Source: Chrysomallon squamiferum
Taxonomy: Eukaryota; Animalia; Mollusca
Assembly (NCBI GenBank): GCA_012295275.1
Contig: CM022677.1
Span: 10,788,001 to 10,852,000, forward strand
Reading direction: 5' to 3'
DNA: 64,000 nucleotides
Of the stretch, positions 61,792-64,000 are shown piece by piece. Made by a program: the position numbers and the translations under genes. How positions within the stretch are numbered: the first letter of the stretch is position 1; each line of letters starts with the position of its first letter. The notes under the pieces are model-generated. The model was not told the DNA's origin. It was given only the letters and a program-made list of their open reading frames with translations, and ran no database searches.

Positions 61792-62428
61792 GTAATACAG
61801 ACTACATTTACTTTTTCTCAGATATTCTAGTATTTGATTTGTATACTTAAGGCATTTAAATCAGAAAGTTTTGTAGGGCTCATTTTAGATTATCTTTTAT
61901 AAATATGCTGGGGATGAAATGAATGTGATTTATCTAGGAATCTGGTGTTATCATTAACAGATAGTGATGTAAAATAGTTTTATTACTTGCATCAACTAGA
62001 GGCAAATATCTCGATGCCAGGAAGCCCATGTTAAACCCATGGGTGATTGAAGCAGCTCACTGGTGTATTTGTTACTGTTACTAGTGTAAAGATTATCAGA
62101 TATCTTAATGACTTTTCAAGGTTCCGTGTGAGCCAGAACTGGTTTTAAAATGTTTGTGAGATGAAATCAGTTTAAAGGATAGTTTGTAATATTTCCTTGT
62201 CGACATTGCTTGTAATTTACAGTTTGCATGGTTTCATATTTCAGTGTGGTTTAGATGTTTTTTCTTCTTTTTAAAAAAAAAGAAGATAAACTGGTTGAGT
62301 GTAATTTTAACATTTAACGTAGTCTTCTTTTGCAGTGGTTAAATGTTAATAATGTTAAAATAAAGTGTTTTATTTTTTACCTTGTAATACATTTTTAAAT
62401 TTATATTTACTGGTTCTGATTGTTGTTG

Positions 62429-62466
<38 letters not shown>

Positions 62467-63129
62467 TATTATGACTATTGTGCTCAGTTCATATTTTTCT
62501 GAACAGTTTGTACATTTATATCCTTGTTTATTTGACGTTTTCTGTCAAGTGAGGGTAACACTCAGCAAGTTACTCATAATAAAATCTCTTTGATAAGTAA
62601 TTTGTTTCCTTTTAGACTTGTAATTAATTTATTAAGGACATGCATTAGCTCATGGATACATCTCTAATCATATTTGTCCTCAAAGGTCATTATTTGTGAA
62701 ATGGGGGGAAATGTATGTCCAAGCATCCTAAGTCTATATTCACTTGACCTGAATTAATTCGTTTATCAAGCTTTATTTTATTGATTCAGCAGCTTGGGAG
62801 ACTGGCATGCTATGCATATTAATTAGGTTGTGGTGACAACAAACATTCCTTGCTAAGCCTAGTACTAAAACAGACTATATTATATATTATTATAGCTACA
62901 AACAAGTGTGATAAAGTTGATAAATGAATAATTATGCCTTTTCCTCACCTGTCAAGTATATATTTTTTAATATAACATTTGTGAAAAGTAAACTGATGGT
63001 TATCTGTAATTTGTTTTCATTTAAAAAAAAGAAAAATATGATCACTTTTTTCTGTCCAGTATTTGTTTTTGTTTTTTGTTTTTTTGGCTGACTGGGTAAC
63101 ATTTCAGATGTACTTCCCATGAAATGAGT

Positions 63130-63880
63130 GAAATTCAGCACACAATTAGAACATGAATATACACGGAACTGGAAGCAGCTTCAAGAAATGCAGTGTTGAC
63201 AAGGTGAGATCGCAGAAGGCACTGAGCGCGGTGATGCTGTGCAATGCTGGCAATTCTGGAATGTTTATGTTAGCAATATAATCAGCATGACTAATACCTT
63301 TGATCCCTTTTTGGTTTATTCCCGATTCTGGCATTCCGGAATCTGGCAGTGAGATTATAACACATCTTAATTGGACACGCCAGTTGTTCCATTTCTGACA
63401 TTTTATTTCTCACCCTTACTAATTGGTGTTCAGTCACCTTAATTGATGTACTTTTGTTAAACAGTATTTTGTCCACAATTAGTAGGACAATCAGTCACAC
63501 TCTACACAAGAAACGTCCCAGAAAGCCACCGCGAGCTGACAAGTAGGAAGCGGTGTCCCGGGTACATGTGATGTACTCCAATCCCAGCTGGAAGAGCTGT
63601 TCTTGTCTTCTTCAGTGCGGCAGGATTTCCACATGGTGTTGGTCAGTAGGTGGACAGCAACTTCGCTGTCATCCGAGGAATGGATGTGGTCTTTACCTCT
63701 CTTGACACAGTCCCATCCTGTGTAGTAGTCACAGTGGCAAGGCACCTCGACTACAAACATCTCCATGGTACAATACCATTCTTGTTACTAATCCGCCATG
63801 CATCAAGTATGAGGTCCGCACCTGGTTTTCTGCCGTCCAAAATTTCTCCCCTAGCAGCCATGGGGATCAAACATAACAAA
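63130..63880. other. GC-elevated segment of unknown origin, possibly a transposon fragment
   Basis: Much higher GC and CpG content than the flanks; only short ORFs, with no recognisable domain. Confidence 0.3.
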
Positions 63881-64000
63881 AATCATGACTGTGCAGTATT
63901 TATATAGGTAGTATTTCCTCTCTTAATTGATCTTGTTAACCCACATATCTAAATTGGTAGTATTTCCTTTCTCCAAATTTTAACTGAGATATAACATTAA

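Noticed and set aside
63146-63907. Short ORFs as a protein-coding gene
   Set aside because: The ORFs lie in inconsistent frames and strands, and none shows a recognisable domain or splice structure.

Overview
AT-rich, microsatellite-dense metazoan genomic DNA. It looks invertebrate, possibly mollusc or cephalopod, but the species cannot be established from the sequence. One protein-coding gene is well supported on the + strand (CDS 3127-6343, five coding exons, 161 aa). It is a TNF-receptor-superfamily protein with a signal peptide, 12-Cys TNFR cysteine-rich domains, two tandem 27-nt symmetric microexons and a short hydrophobic C-terminus. It has no cytoplasmic domain, which predicts a GPI-anchored decoy receptor. 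Its 3' end is partly duplicated at about 10.2-12.1 kb, and a diverged remnant lies at about 47.4-48.2 kb. The middle of the window holds a C-free 27/31-bp minisatellite (12.2-14.5 kb) and a 26.5-kb 52-bp satellite with a 200-N gap. The right third is a patchwork of old local duplications, DNA-transposon remnants and a probable multi-exon non-coding or pseudogenic transcript (55.1-61.8 kb). Almost all ORFs in the supplied track are repeat artefacts.
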